DNA from: Tubiluchus corallicola
Lineage: Eukaryota > Animalia > Priapulida
NCBI GenBank assembly: GCA_030141605.1
Contig: JAQGDQ010000169.1
Location: 62,001-126,000 of the forward strand
Length of the DNA: 64,000 bases
Direction of reading: 5' to 3'
Shown: positions 24,701-36,400 of the stretch, in pieces
Layout of the letters: each line of letters starts with the position of its first letter
Position numbering within the stretch: position 1 is the stretch's first letter
Position numbers and translations under genes: made by a program
The notes under the pieces: model-generated
What the model saw: only the letters and a program-made list of their open reading frames with translations
The model's database searches: none
Told to the model about the DNA's origin: nothing

Positions 24701-26780
24701 AATCTCCTTCAAAACTATGCGTTGAGATTGATAGCTGGGTACTCATACAAACTCAAGGCAGGTAGACAAAAATTCAAAGCTTCAACAACTAACCTGAGAA
24801 AAACTTTAAAATTCCCGATCATTGAAGCACACAAAGAATATTTTACTCTGCTTTTTATATTTAAATACATTAACAACATCAGCAAACCATTCCAGAATAA
24901 CAGATTTACCTTTTTTTCCAAATCCTATCGTTAATTCCAGAACAAGCAATCTAAAACAAATTAGGACAAATACCCACTATGGAACGAACTCTGTAATCAA
25001 ACAAGCAATTTCACTTTGGAATTCTCTACCATTACAGGTTAAACAAATCAAGTCCCTATCAGCATTTAAAACAAAATTAAAATCACTAATATTAACCAGA
25101 TATGAAATACCATCACACCAGTACGACAACATACACACTAATTCCGAATTCATATACCCACGGCCATATTAATTAAATCATAGTTTGTTTTTTTTATATT
25201 TTTTGTGTATAGTTGTAAATATGTTTGATTTTATTCGTCATTACTGCACAGTAGTTTAGATTGCACTGACGCATTTGCCTTCAGCAGTGTAAGTTTTTAT
25301 TAACTAACACTGATTGATTATCGCTGTAGTAAAGTTTTTATCAGTGATTATCAATGTTTTTAATGGCAAATAAAGATTATTATATATATATATATATAAG
25401 TTGATTTCCATTGCTTTGCTAAAAATTACTTTCTTCTTCTTCAACCAAGTAATGTCTAAATTTACAATTTTCTTTGTACTTACAATACCTGTTTCTTTTA
25501 AAATTCCACCATAGCTTCATTTGTCTCATTCTGACCAACTGATCTTTATCTTCTCTGCGATTTTCTTCATCGTGCCTATTTAGGCTGTCATTGCTACTTG
25601 CAACACTATTCATAGAAGTAGATTTTGTTTGATTTCCCACTTTTTTCTGCCTTAACTGAGCGTTTTGCATTTCAAATTCCTTGTTCACACTCTTAATCTG
25701 GTCCAGATAAGAGTTTAGATTAGCAATAGTTTGCTTTCCATCACAAACATCTTCAATCTCATTTTTATACTTGTAACTCAATTAGTTCTTTTTGCACTTT
25801 TAGCAGTTCTTCATGTGGCATGCTGTCTTTCATAACCCTCTTCATCATTATTTGTATATCTATCTCCCAGCTCTTTATACTGCCTATGAGCATTGCCTTG
25901 TTCATCTTGTTTTCTTTCACGCCTGTGTTTAAAATCAACAACTTCTTGTTTTCATTTTGTTACTTCTGTTTTCAGCTTTTTTACTTTTTCTGTACTACTC
26001 TGGTCAGCTTGTTCCTTTCATCATTCAATAGTCGTATTTTTTTACTAAGTCAGCTATTTCTCCTTGTGAGTTTAACTTTTCCCCTAATTTTCGATTATCA
26101 CCTGACACTTGTTTCAGTTCACTCTCTAATTTACCAAACTGATTTTTAATTGATTCAACGTCTTTGCTATTTGGTTCCAAAGCTATATCAACTTTATAGC
26201 TGTTGGCTGCACATACTTCACAAGTATATTTACAATCCTCATCTATTTCTAACATCTTCAATTGATAGACTGGTAACCTTGTGTACTTATCATTTATCCA
26301 TCACTTACAGTCACAACACTCAATCATTTCTACTTCTATGTAGATATTTTTGCATATTTCGCATTTATTTTCCCCAGTGTAAATTCATCAATCACTACCA
26401 AACTATTTAAGTACACTTTTCCACTGACTGCTTTTAATAACGGTTCAGCGCCTTCTAAAATTATGTTGTCTCTATTCATGGATACATCGCCATCAAAATC
26501 TATAGCTAATGGAGTATCACCCCATTTACTACTTGTATCTTTACTCATTTTAAGTGATTGACAGAACAATACGATCAAACACCACAACTACAGATATCCT
26601 TGAGACTTTTACAAGACTTTTTTATGACTGACAATAACGTCAACACATTTATACGAAGGATATCCAATTACTACTCTGCAAAACTACTTACTACTCTATG
26701 GATCGCGGTATTCGTAATTACAATTACTAGCCATAGTCTTCTCGCCCACCGGGCCGCCGCAGGCTTAGTTTTATAATAGA
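21760..26780 (-). mobile_element. 5' half of a LINE (5'UTR, ORF1 PHD/coiled-coil/CCCH, AP endonuclease), 3'-truncated and interrupted by an L2/CR1 insertion
   Basis: ORF1 starts near 26549 (MSKDTSSKW...). APE motifs NVLYSNCKG, GGGVLIA, ETLW, LGLIFGPRE, LIVGD.SAKVG; INADVFWEF resembles the element at 16950-21185. Confidence 0.85.
23691..25398 (+). mobile_element. 5'-truncated, relatively young CR1-group (L2/Crack-like) LINE: RT, C-terminus, 3'UTR and tail
   Basis: 413-aa uninterrupted ORF 23693-24934 with NYRPIS, QFGFR, DLSKAFD, GIPQGTLLGP, YADD and KFLG. One frameshift leads to WNSLP...FKTKLK (to 25172). Ends AATAAAGATTAT(TA)n. Confidence 0.92.
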
Positions 26781-27424
26781 CTTGTAGGACACACTACATA
26801 CAAATGTCTGTAGGATAAAGAAAGCCCGTGTTCGTTTTTTTAGTGGAAAAACACCGGAACAATTATTTTATTTCAATTTATTGTAAACTAACCTCTTACT
26901 AATTACTCATTTAATTCGGGATTCCACTAATAATTTAAATTTTCATTTCCATATTTTATTTTAACTTATTGAAGATTACATAATAGATTGTGCTCGAAAC
27001 CCCTTTTTGCAGAAGCATATTTTATCATAAGTCTTTAATAAGTTTTTGACTTTCAACAAGTTCGAAGCCACGTCAGCAAGTAGCAAATTCAGCTCGACGT
27101 CATTTTAATCTACTTCGTCTAAAGCACTTTATTGATTTCAACTACCCAATTTACAGTTTTATAGCATGCATGCATTTTCCAATTGAGCAACAGCCACTTC
27201 TGTGAATTATCACTAAAGACTTTTTAAAGAATTTATCAAAAATTTTATCAAAAGTCACTAGCACAAATTTTTCACGTCCACGTCCACGCGCGTTAACCGC
27301 AGAAGCCAGAATGTTTGTACAGCTGCGACCGGAGTCACAAAAGACGCTGCACAATACATAACTATCTTTGCTCATCTATTGATGAAGTGGATCTAGTGGA
27401 ATCACAGGAATCACAGGAATAACG

Positions 27425-30400
27425 ATGGCGGCAGTATGGAAAACTGTTAAGTATATTCCAATACTGTACAACAGTGAAGGACAACTGTTTAATGTACGTA
27501 ACTTTTGGGAACTTTTGTCGAACTTGTAAAATGAGTTATAGGGAAGATTCTGAGAAATTTTGTGCGGTCATAAACAATACTTAAATTAAACGGTGTGTTG
27601 GCCATCATTTGGAGGACACGTGCTATCGAGTATGTAAGATGGGTACGTGGTGTGCAGGGGATGTGGTTCCATACACCACTTGATTTTTATTATTTTCAAA
27701 TATTATTGGTGTGATTGTATCTAAAATTAGAGCCAGAAGTTCGACGCGATTGAATCTCCGAATCCATTCACATAAGCATATGCACTAGTGCCCATTACCC
27801 CAAATCTAAGCAGATTCGCGCATGTTTTACCTGAATAGCGTGTATGCTGCTGTATTGCGCTTGCGAGTTTAGTTATTTCTCAAGTGCCTTTGAAACACCG
27901 CACTTTTCATTCATAGTTGCACGTAAAAACTGTATGGATCTGCATTCATTGCCAAGTCAACAAAAACAAATTCCAGGTGGACGATGTAAAGTTTGCATTT
28001 GGAAATGGTCGATTTGATAAGTTACCACTAAAATTTTTCGTATTTCGCATAAATTTAGAGCTTCTTGTTTCAAGTGCTTGTTATACCACTTCTTGGCAAT
28101 GGAAATGATGATTGTGGTTCATTGACAAAGAGAAGAATGAACAAAATTCTAAATGGTGTAGAGACTGAATCAGGAAAAGTTAGGTCTCATACTGAAAAAG
28201 ATGTCAATACTGATAGTGATTAATTCTTAGAGTAAATCACTTTAGTTGAAATTCAGTCTTCATTGTTTCAATAGTTATAATTCAATTATGTAAACTGAAC
28301 TATGTAATTTAGACTTTGATTCGCCAAGATTCTCGTAAAAAGTTACGGCGAGAATCTGCTTAGATTGTGGCAAAATTCTGGCCCCAATTTTTACTATGTC
28401 AGAGCCTAATTATGTGAAATGTATTTCACAGTCCATTTAATCTCTTTTATTAAATCATTTTTTATGTAGGCCTGTGCAACTACATTGCAACGGAGGTGGC
28501 ATCATCATTACCCGGCGAGCAGCAGCCATGCTGTAAAAACTGCAACTTTAATCCCTGGTGATGGTGTTGGACCAGAGCTCATGTCATCTGTTCTTAGTGT
28601 CTTCAAGGAAATTGATGTGCCAGTCAAATTTGAAGAAATATTTGTAAGGTAAATGCCCGTTGAGTTTGAAGTAAATAAAAATTTGTAGTATGAGCACTAA
28701 TTGACTTACCAGCTTTTAGAGCAGTGATCATTATGGTACTTTCCTTAGTTGTTTTAATATGATAATTTTATATTCACCCAGAGCAAGCCAGTCGGTATCT
28801 GTTCATAAGGCATGGGGAATCAATTGGTATTGTTGATCGAGGTCTGGCATTGTGGTAAGAAGCAGTTTACTGTCAACATTGACAAAGCATTAGAGCGGGC
28901 TGGTGTTGCAAGTCCAGTACCTCAAGGATCAGTACTAGGACCAGTGTTGCAAGACAATTTACTTAATATGTATGACTAGAGCAGAGATTAGCAAACATTA
29001 TTCAATAGCAAAAAGTGCAATTGTAGCTGACGGAATGTCCCATATAAAACTTCAAATTCTGCACTGGCTTGCTAATGGTTATTTATTCTGAGAAAAGAAA
29101 ATAAAGCATTTTGCAAATACAGGCATGATTATAAGATCATTATAAAATAGGAACTAAATCAAAATATTTAATCATTTAGGTGTGAATTACCAAAATGTTA
29201 CAGATTACAACAAAATTGTAAATGTAGTGTTGCAAAATAGGAATGTCATATCAAATAGAAATTGAACTCAAATAGAACTTACGTTAGCAGATTGATTAAT
29301 ACTGCAACTATACATGTCTTTAGTGAGACCACATCTTGAGTATAGTATTCAAGCTTGGAGGTCTTACTGTAACAAGATATAGATGACATTGGAAGATTTA
29401 ATATATAGCTACTAAAATGACAAATGGTTTAGGGAATTTTACCATATGTGGAAGGATGGATGGTTCTAACTTCATGTCACTGGAAATAAGAAGACCGCTA
29501 GTTGATCTCATAAAAGTCTACAATTGCCAATATTAAAGTATATTGGCCCGATCTCCGGTGTATTGTGATATGCAAGTTTGTTGTCGATCACCGATTATTT
29601 TTTTTTGGATTGGCAGTTCCTGGTTGATATGCAAACTAAACTAATTAAGCCTACTTACCCTGTTGTTTATAATTCTGAGTTAAAATGTTAGCTTTTCTTT
29701 AATTCTTGTTCTGCATTTCTAGTGAAGTACAGAAATCTGTGTCTGCTAGTCTTTCCGATGTCATCGAATCCATTAGAAAAAATGGAGTGTGCTTAAAGGG
29801 CGTTATTTCTAGTCCCCATCACACAACTGGTGAACTTGAGACACTTAATATGCAGATGAGGTCAGTTAAATAGATTATGAGCATGAATTCAGACAAATTC
29901 ATTAGGCTAGCTTTATTGCAGAAGCAACAGTGATGACAGTTAATTACTTCACGTTTTTCCTTTTAATATGGGATATCTAAGTGTATCATCTAGACGTTAT
30001 GCATATTTCATCAGACTGTTACTGTCTGGCAGATTGTATTGAAACCACAATAGCTTTTCAACTGCAAAACTACAAGGGACTTCGTAATCATAATTAGTGT
30101 ACTTATACTACTAAATTCACAGTATGCGGTAGACAGACTTTAGTGGGGTAGCTAATGGCTTTGAGTTCATGATGAAGATAATTACAATGCCAAATCTGTG
30201 TTGAGCTGGGCTACTTGGCAGAGTTAAACTTGGGTAGGGATATGGTTCAACAACATTCAAGTTGTTACTTAATTGGTGACCTTGAGTGGACTGACCTTGA
30301 GGTCAAAGACAGTATCTCTTCAATAGCAGTCGATATCTTCACTGTGGGTGAAGGATTAGACAACCAATTTAGGATAACTTATAGTATCAGGCCCCAAACA

Positions 30401-33400
30401 GATTTTATTGGGTAACTGGTTTTGAGGTGCAGTTTTATGTTGTATAGCATCTTGGCTGTTATATCGGTTAATGAGTATCTATGAATCAGTTAAGTCCATG
30501 CATCACCAAGGTAATTTAAAAATGATTATAGCTAATTAAATTAATTAATTAGAAAGATTTGAAACTGTGTCATTTGCATTCTGAGCACCTATGATAATAA
30601 CTACCACGAATTCAACAGAGCATCGCATGGCAAGTTTGCACAGTCAAAGCATTTTTGTTTCAGACGAGCTTTGGACTTGTTTGCGAATGTTGTGCGGGTT
30701 CAGAGCATTCCAGGATACCCTACTCGCCACAGTGATGTTGACTTGGTCATAATACGAGAACAGCTAGAAGGTGAATATTCCTGTTTGGAACATGAGGTGA
30801 CTATACTTTACATACTTATGTATGTTGAGAAATTTTACATAGATAAATTATTCATGGGTAGCAGTGATTTAACTGTCCCTAGGTAGCTATAACCAATGAA
30901 TGTAATATTTTTATTAAAGTCAGAATTTGCATAGTTATCTTGAACAACATTTGTTAATTAGATTGGTGTTTTGTTGCACCATTAGTATCATGTATTTTGT
31001 TGCACCACTAGTGCCATCTGCTGTTTTACAGTTTGACACTCTGCAAGCTATAATCCAGTACAGGCTGCTTGTTCAGGCTGCTAACTATACACCCTCCCTC
31101 GACAAGGTATATGGCCAGAATCACTATAGTAAATGAATCGTCCAGAATATTGAACTCGGCGTTTACTCATTCGCTCATTGACCAGCCTCAGCACTCTTTA
31201 GCTTCAGTCTCTAAGCACACACTATGACCACTAGGATAATCACCTCACCCAAAATCATACTAAAATAAAATCTAGTATGACATTTAAGATGTCTCAATTT
31301 ATGGTGACATCAAACATTTATGTCCGTGAGCTAATAAGAAGGTCTGTTTAACAAAATGAATTATATTGACATTAGGACTTCCATGTTGCTTAGCTGGTAA
31401 AAGTGTAGATTTGTACTAAAAACTCTACTTTCCTTTTCTGAAACTAGTTGTAGACTAGTTTTTCATGAAGGCAAAACAGCTGTTAGTGAACCCATTACAC
31501 ATGAGAATTCTTCATGTTGAAATTAACTGGTCAAAAACAATTAAATTTTTCCCTAGCTAACCATTGATTAGCTATGTGATACAGTTAAATGATTGCTGTT
31601 TGTTAGAACTTTTGATGAAAGCTAATATGAATTATTTCCAGTTATATAAGGAAATCACAGATGTTCTAGTCACAATTACTGAGATTATTCACTTTAAAAA
31701 AACAGTCATATGTTTTGTGCAGAGTGTAAAAGGTGTAGTGGAAAGCTTGAAAATCATCACTAGGGTCAACTCGGAAAGAATAGCAAAATTTGCTTTCGAC
31801 TATGCTATAAGACATGGAAGGAAAAAAGTCACAGCTGTCCATAAGGTAAGTTGAGTAGCATTCTGTACAATAAGTACATGCATAACTATTCTGGGATAGT
31901 TCTGTTTGTTTAATTCAATTTGTTTTATTTCAAAGATTTGAAACATTGTAAGGTTTACTTCTGTCATTGTATTTTGAAAAATGCAGTTAGTTAAATTTAT
32001 TGCAGCCACTCTGTTGCCAATAGTCTCTGTGAGATTTTCAATATATGCTAAGTTCGTCTCTGTGAGATTTTGAATATATGCTAAGTTCCTTTTTCAGTAA
32101 GACTCGCCTAAAATTTTAAATTGTACTTTTAAACCTTAGTGCGCACTAATGATTTTTTTCCTTTTAGGCTAACATCATGAAACTTGCAGATGGATTGTTT
32201 CTGGAAAGTTGTGAAAAAGTTTCTGAGCTCTATCCAACCATCAAGTTAGAGTCTATGATAATAGACAACTGCTGCATGCAGCTTGTTTCTAGTCCACAGC
32301 AGTTTGATGTTATGGTTTTACCAAACTTGTATGGAAACATCGTGGATAACTTAGCAGCTGGACTTGTTGGTGGAGCTGGTGTTGTACCTGGTGAAAACTA
32401 TAGTCATGAATGTGTCATTTTTGAACAGGTAAATTTCCATGTAATTAATCTAAGTGTTATTGTGCCATGTACTTATGTTTATTGAACATTTGTTATGTTA
32501 TTGCTTAAGACCTTTATTAAAATCAATCACTAATTGTAGCATTTGCAGAGCATTACACTTTTATAAAAAGTATACATTGTAGATGATGATGATGACGATG
32601 GTGATGATGATGATGGGTATGATAATAATTATTGTTATAAAATATAATGTTATAAATATTTAAATCTACATTTCAGAAATAAATTCATAATGATGATTTC
32701 AGAAACTGTCAATCCAAAATTGCTAAACAGTTATATGGGTTTAGCTTTATAATTTTATCATCAAAATAGTCCTAAAAGCACTTTTTTGTTCTCCACCTTA
32801 ATTGTAATTTTTTGCAATAATTGTTAAATTAGTAAAACTTGAATACACCATTGATACTTAATAACTCAGTGTCCATTTGCAAATTATGTCTGAGAATTCA
32901 CAAAACAAATAGGCCTTGTGAAATGTCATGAAGAACTTAAAAAATGATCTTATGCACATACCAGTTTTCATTTAATGGCTGTTCTTTCTGTACTTTCAAT
33001 AACTTATTTCTCTGGGTTACATTTTTTCAGTATATCTGAACACTAAAACAGGAAACTTTTCTGAAACCGCTAGTTTTTTGCTTATCTTTATTTACCACTT
33101 ACCAGGATTAAAGAATCTTTTATGCAATTTGCCCAAGCATAGCCAGTGACCAGTGAGCACCTGGGGGAGGGCTATGCAGAGCTGTGAAAATATGAATATA
33201 GTTTCTAAAATATAGAATTTGTTATCTAATTTTGTTAGTTAAAGGTGGAATATCACCAAAATTAAGTTGAGCTTGAATAACTCGCGATTATATTCTGAAT
33301 ACAAATACGTACCTCATTCTTCACGAAAATTTCATATTTAAGAATCCTTGGCAAAAGTTCGGATAAAATTATACACAAAACGAACATTTGACTAGGCCGC

Positions 33401-36400
33401 CATTGAGCATGGACCTGTGCCTGCGCCTCTGGTGGCAAAAATTGCAGTATTACAGATGAAACTTGGTAAAAGTCTCAAGGGGAAAACGCCTGTACACAAC
33501 ACTGTTTGGTATTTGTTTACATCGACAAACAGCGTCAGCATACAGTACTTTTATGCTGTTTATACCTATTGACGGTATCGTAGTAAAGATTAGCTTATTG
33601 TAGATTGAATGCGTGATCTGCTCGGTTTCGATCAGTTCTTATTGAAAAACAGCAGTGGAATGTGGTACACTAGGATTCAGTAATTAGACGGGATGCAGCA
33701 GTCAGACAGAAAGTGTCATAATACGAAGCCAAATATAGAAACTTTTAGTTTCCAATGAGCAACAGAGAATTATTGAAGCAATGAACACACAATCTAAAAA
33801 AGCTGGATTCACGCCTACAAACTGTGTGATAATTTCTCAGCTGTTTGCTTTGAAACGTGAGTTTAGAACATGATGATCTCTAGTGTTAACATTATTGTGT
33901 TTACATTTCGGACAGATTTAGTCAGATGCAGTTTTTGGTAGTGTCTTTTTTAATTTGTTTCATTTTAAGCCCAAGTACATAGTTTATCGATGCAGTTTAG
34001 TCATCTCGAGATTTGCATCCATTTCAATAAAATATCGCAATTACATTATGTAATGCAATTTTTTGTGCTAAAACTTTATTTATGATGCTTTTTCTTCCTC
34101 AATTTAGAATATTAACTAAAGAAAAAACATTGTAAATTGTAAATTGACAACAGCAAATTGTTAATCTTTACACCGTAAACAATGACTTCAGTATATTTGG
34201 TAATTTGTATAGCACAAAAAGCGTTGTACTAGATTATTTTGTACTACATATACTTTTTCAACTTTGTAATAGAATGAGCATCAGAATAATCTTGCTTGAA
34301 ATAACACAATAAATAATTACTTTGTCATCGAACCACATTATATCGTTAGTTTTTTGTTTTCTAAAAGTGAATAATAATATGTTAATAATAAATGTATTAT
34401 TATCATTAATTTTTATTTCAGTCCAACTAACCACAAGAATTTTATTTAATCCTAATATTTTAATAGTACTGCTGTGTAAAAATAAACACAGCATGTTGTT
34501 ATCAAGAAAACACAACAGCTAATGAACAACAGTTGAAAGTTCTGGTTGATATTAAAGGTCTTACTGATTTAACTGACTGAAACACGATAAAGTTAAAAAT
34601 GTTCATATATGTTTAATCAATAAGTCTACAGCTAATATGTTATAGTCTCTGTGTCCATGGGGTTCACAATGTCATATTTTTTGTCAAGGCTGATAAAATG
34701 AAGCTGTCACTAAAAATGGTCACACTAGCATTATAATTATGCTTCAGTGAGTTTCTGTGTATTTACAAATTCATTAATTCTTCTAACAGAATGAAGTTGC
34801 TTTATCGGACTTGTTTTACAAAAAAAGAACATTTGTTACCAAGGCCTACACTTTTGCAGCTTGTATTGCTGACAACGTTTTCAATTAATGCCACAAGGAT
34901 TTTCCCAATATGCTGTAGGCCAGTCTACTTTTGCGCAATAATTGTCTACACATCTATTAGAATGTACTATAATGGACCTATAACTTTTGAAACTAGTAAC
35001 TATAACTAGTAAAACATGTGAATGAGCGCAATGACAATCGTTTCTATCAGCTGACTACCTATCCAACCCAAGGCCAAATACTGTAATGTAGTAATAACAG
35101 CTTTACTTTTAGCCCAGTTGTGTACCATAGTATCACAACAAGCTGCGGGTACACTCTGCTACGTCATCAGCAGAGCTGTGCTAGTTCAATTTTTTTCATG
35201 GGAGCTCCATGGCATTTCCCACGAGATACAAAAAATTTTCCCACGAGATACAACGTACTGCTAAAAAGAATTCGCCAAGTTGTTCACAGGGAAGGCACTA
35301 TAAAATAAGTTTAACTTGATTTTCATGATATTCCCCCTTTAAGCACCAAAATCCTGGTGCACTTTCTTGCTTATCCTTATTTACCACTCACTAGGAGAAA
35401 AGAATCTTTCACACAACTTGTCCAAGCATAGCCAGTGGTCTGTGGTGACCTAGAGTGAAGGGCTACATAGAATTGTGAAAATATAAATACAGTTTTGAAA
35501 ATGTAGAAATCTTTACCAAATTTTGTTAGTACTTATTGACATTCTTCTTGAAGCGGGTGAGTTCATAACTAACAGGAAAACAATTATTTCTGTTAAATAA
35601 AGGGAAACTAGGTTCGTAGGTAGCTATTCTGTCTGGGTCTATCCAGGATAGAAAAACAGTAGCAAAATAAGTACTAGAACTAAATTGTTATTTAGAAATT
35701 TGTGACAAAAGATCTTGACTACATTTTCCATTAAAGTAGTGATTAAAGCGACTTAATGTAGCACAAGAGCTATGAGCAAGTAATAGCATTAATTAAGCCA
35801 AAATCAGACCCTATTGATGACAATATTAATTTGGAATTTGTCAAGTAATGGTAACAAGTTTGTGCATCTGCCCAATTAGGCTGTGGTAAAGTTCAGACAG
35901 TATTTGCAAAGACAGAATGTTGCATCAGAAGTTTGATGTTTTTGTGCACTTATTAAGCATGTTACTTTATTCTATATTCACCTGTGTGAGTATATGTGTG
36001 TATGTATACATATGCACAAAGATACTGAACTGAATTACCTATATAGTTTTGTCTTATTTAATATCAGTAAGAAAGTATCAAATATTCAAATTGCAGATGC
36101 AGTTGCAAACGACGAATGCCTTGCTAATTGCTAGCATAGCGGATTTTTCCCTGTAGAATTTCTCATTACCTAATCGCAAGATTTAGTCATTGCAGACATT
36201 AACTTAAATGACTAACAATGGATTCTAGATCAAAGTATATTTGTTTGGCAGTTCTTGTTTTTAAAAACATTTTGTACACCTTATTTTTTTAATTTTATTG
36301 CTTACAATGAAAAACATTGCAATATTTCAGGGAGCCAGGCATTCTTACCAGGAAGGTGTTGGTCGTAATATTGCTAATCCTGCAGCCATTCTGTTAGCGT

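Noticed and set aside
23693-24934. 413-aa ORF as a domesticated host reverse transcriptase
   Set aside because: 5'-truncated, frameshifted near the end, has a LINE tail and is inserted inside another LINE.
33130-33185. H/ACA snoRNA in the IDH3B intron
   Set aside because: No proper ANANNA/ACA boxes, and the lower stem is broken in the second copy; kept only as a low-interest finding.
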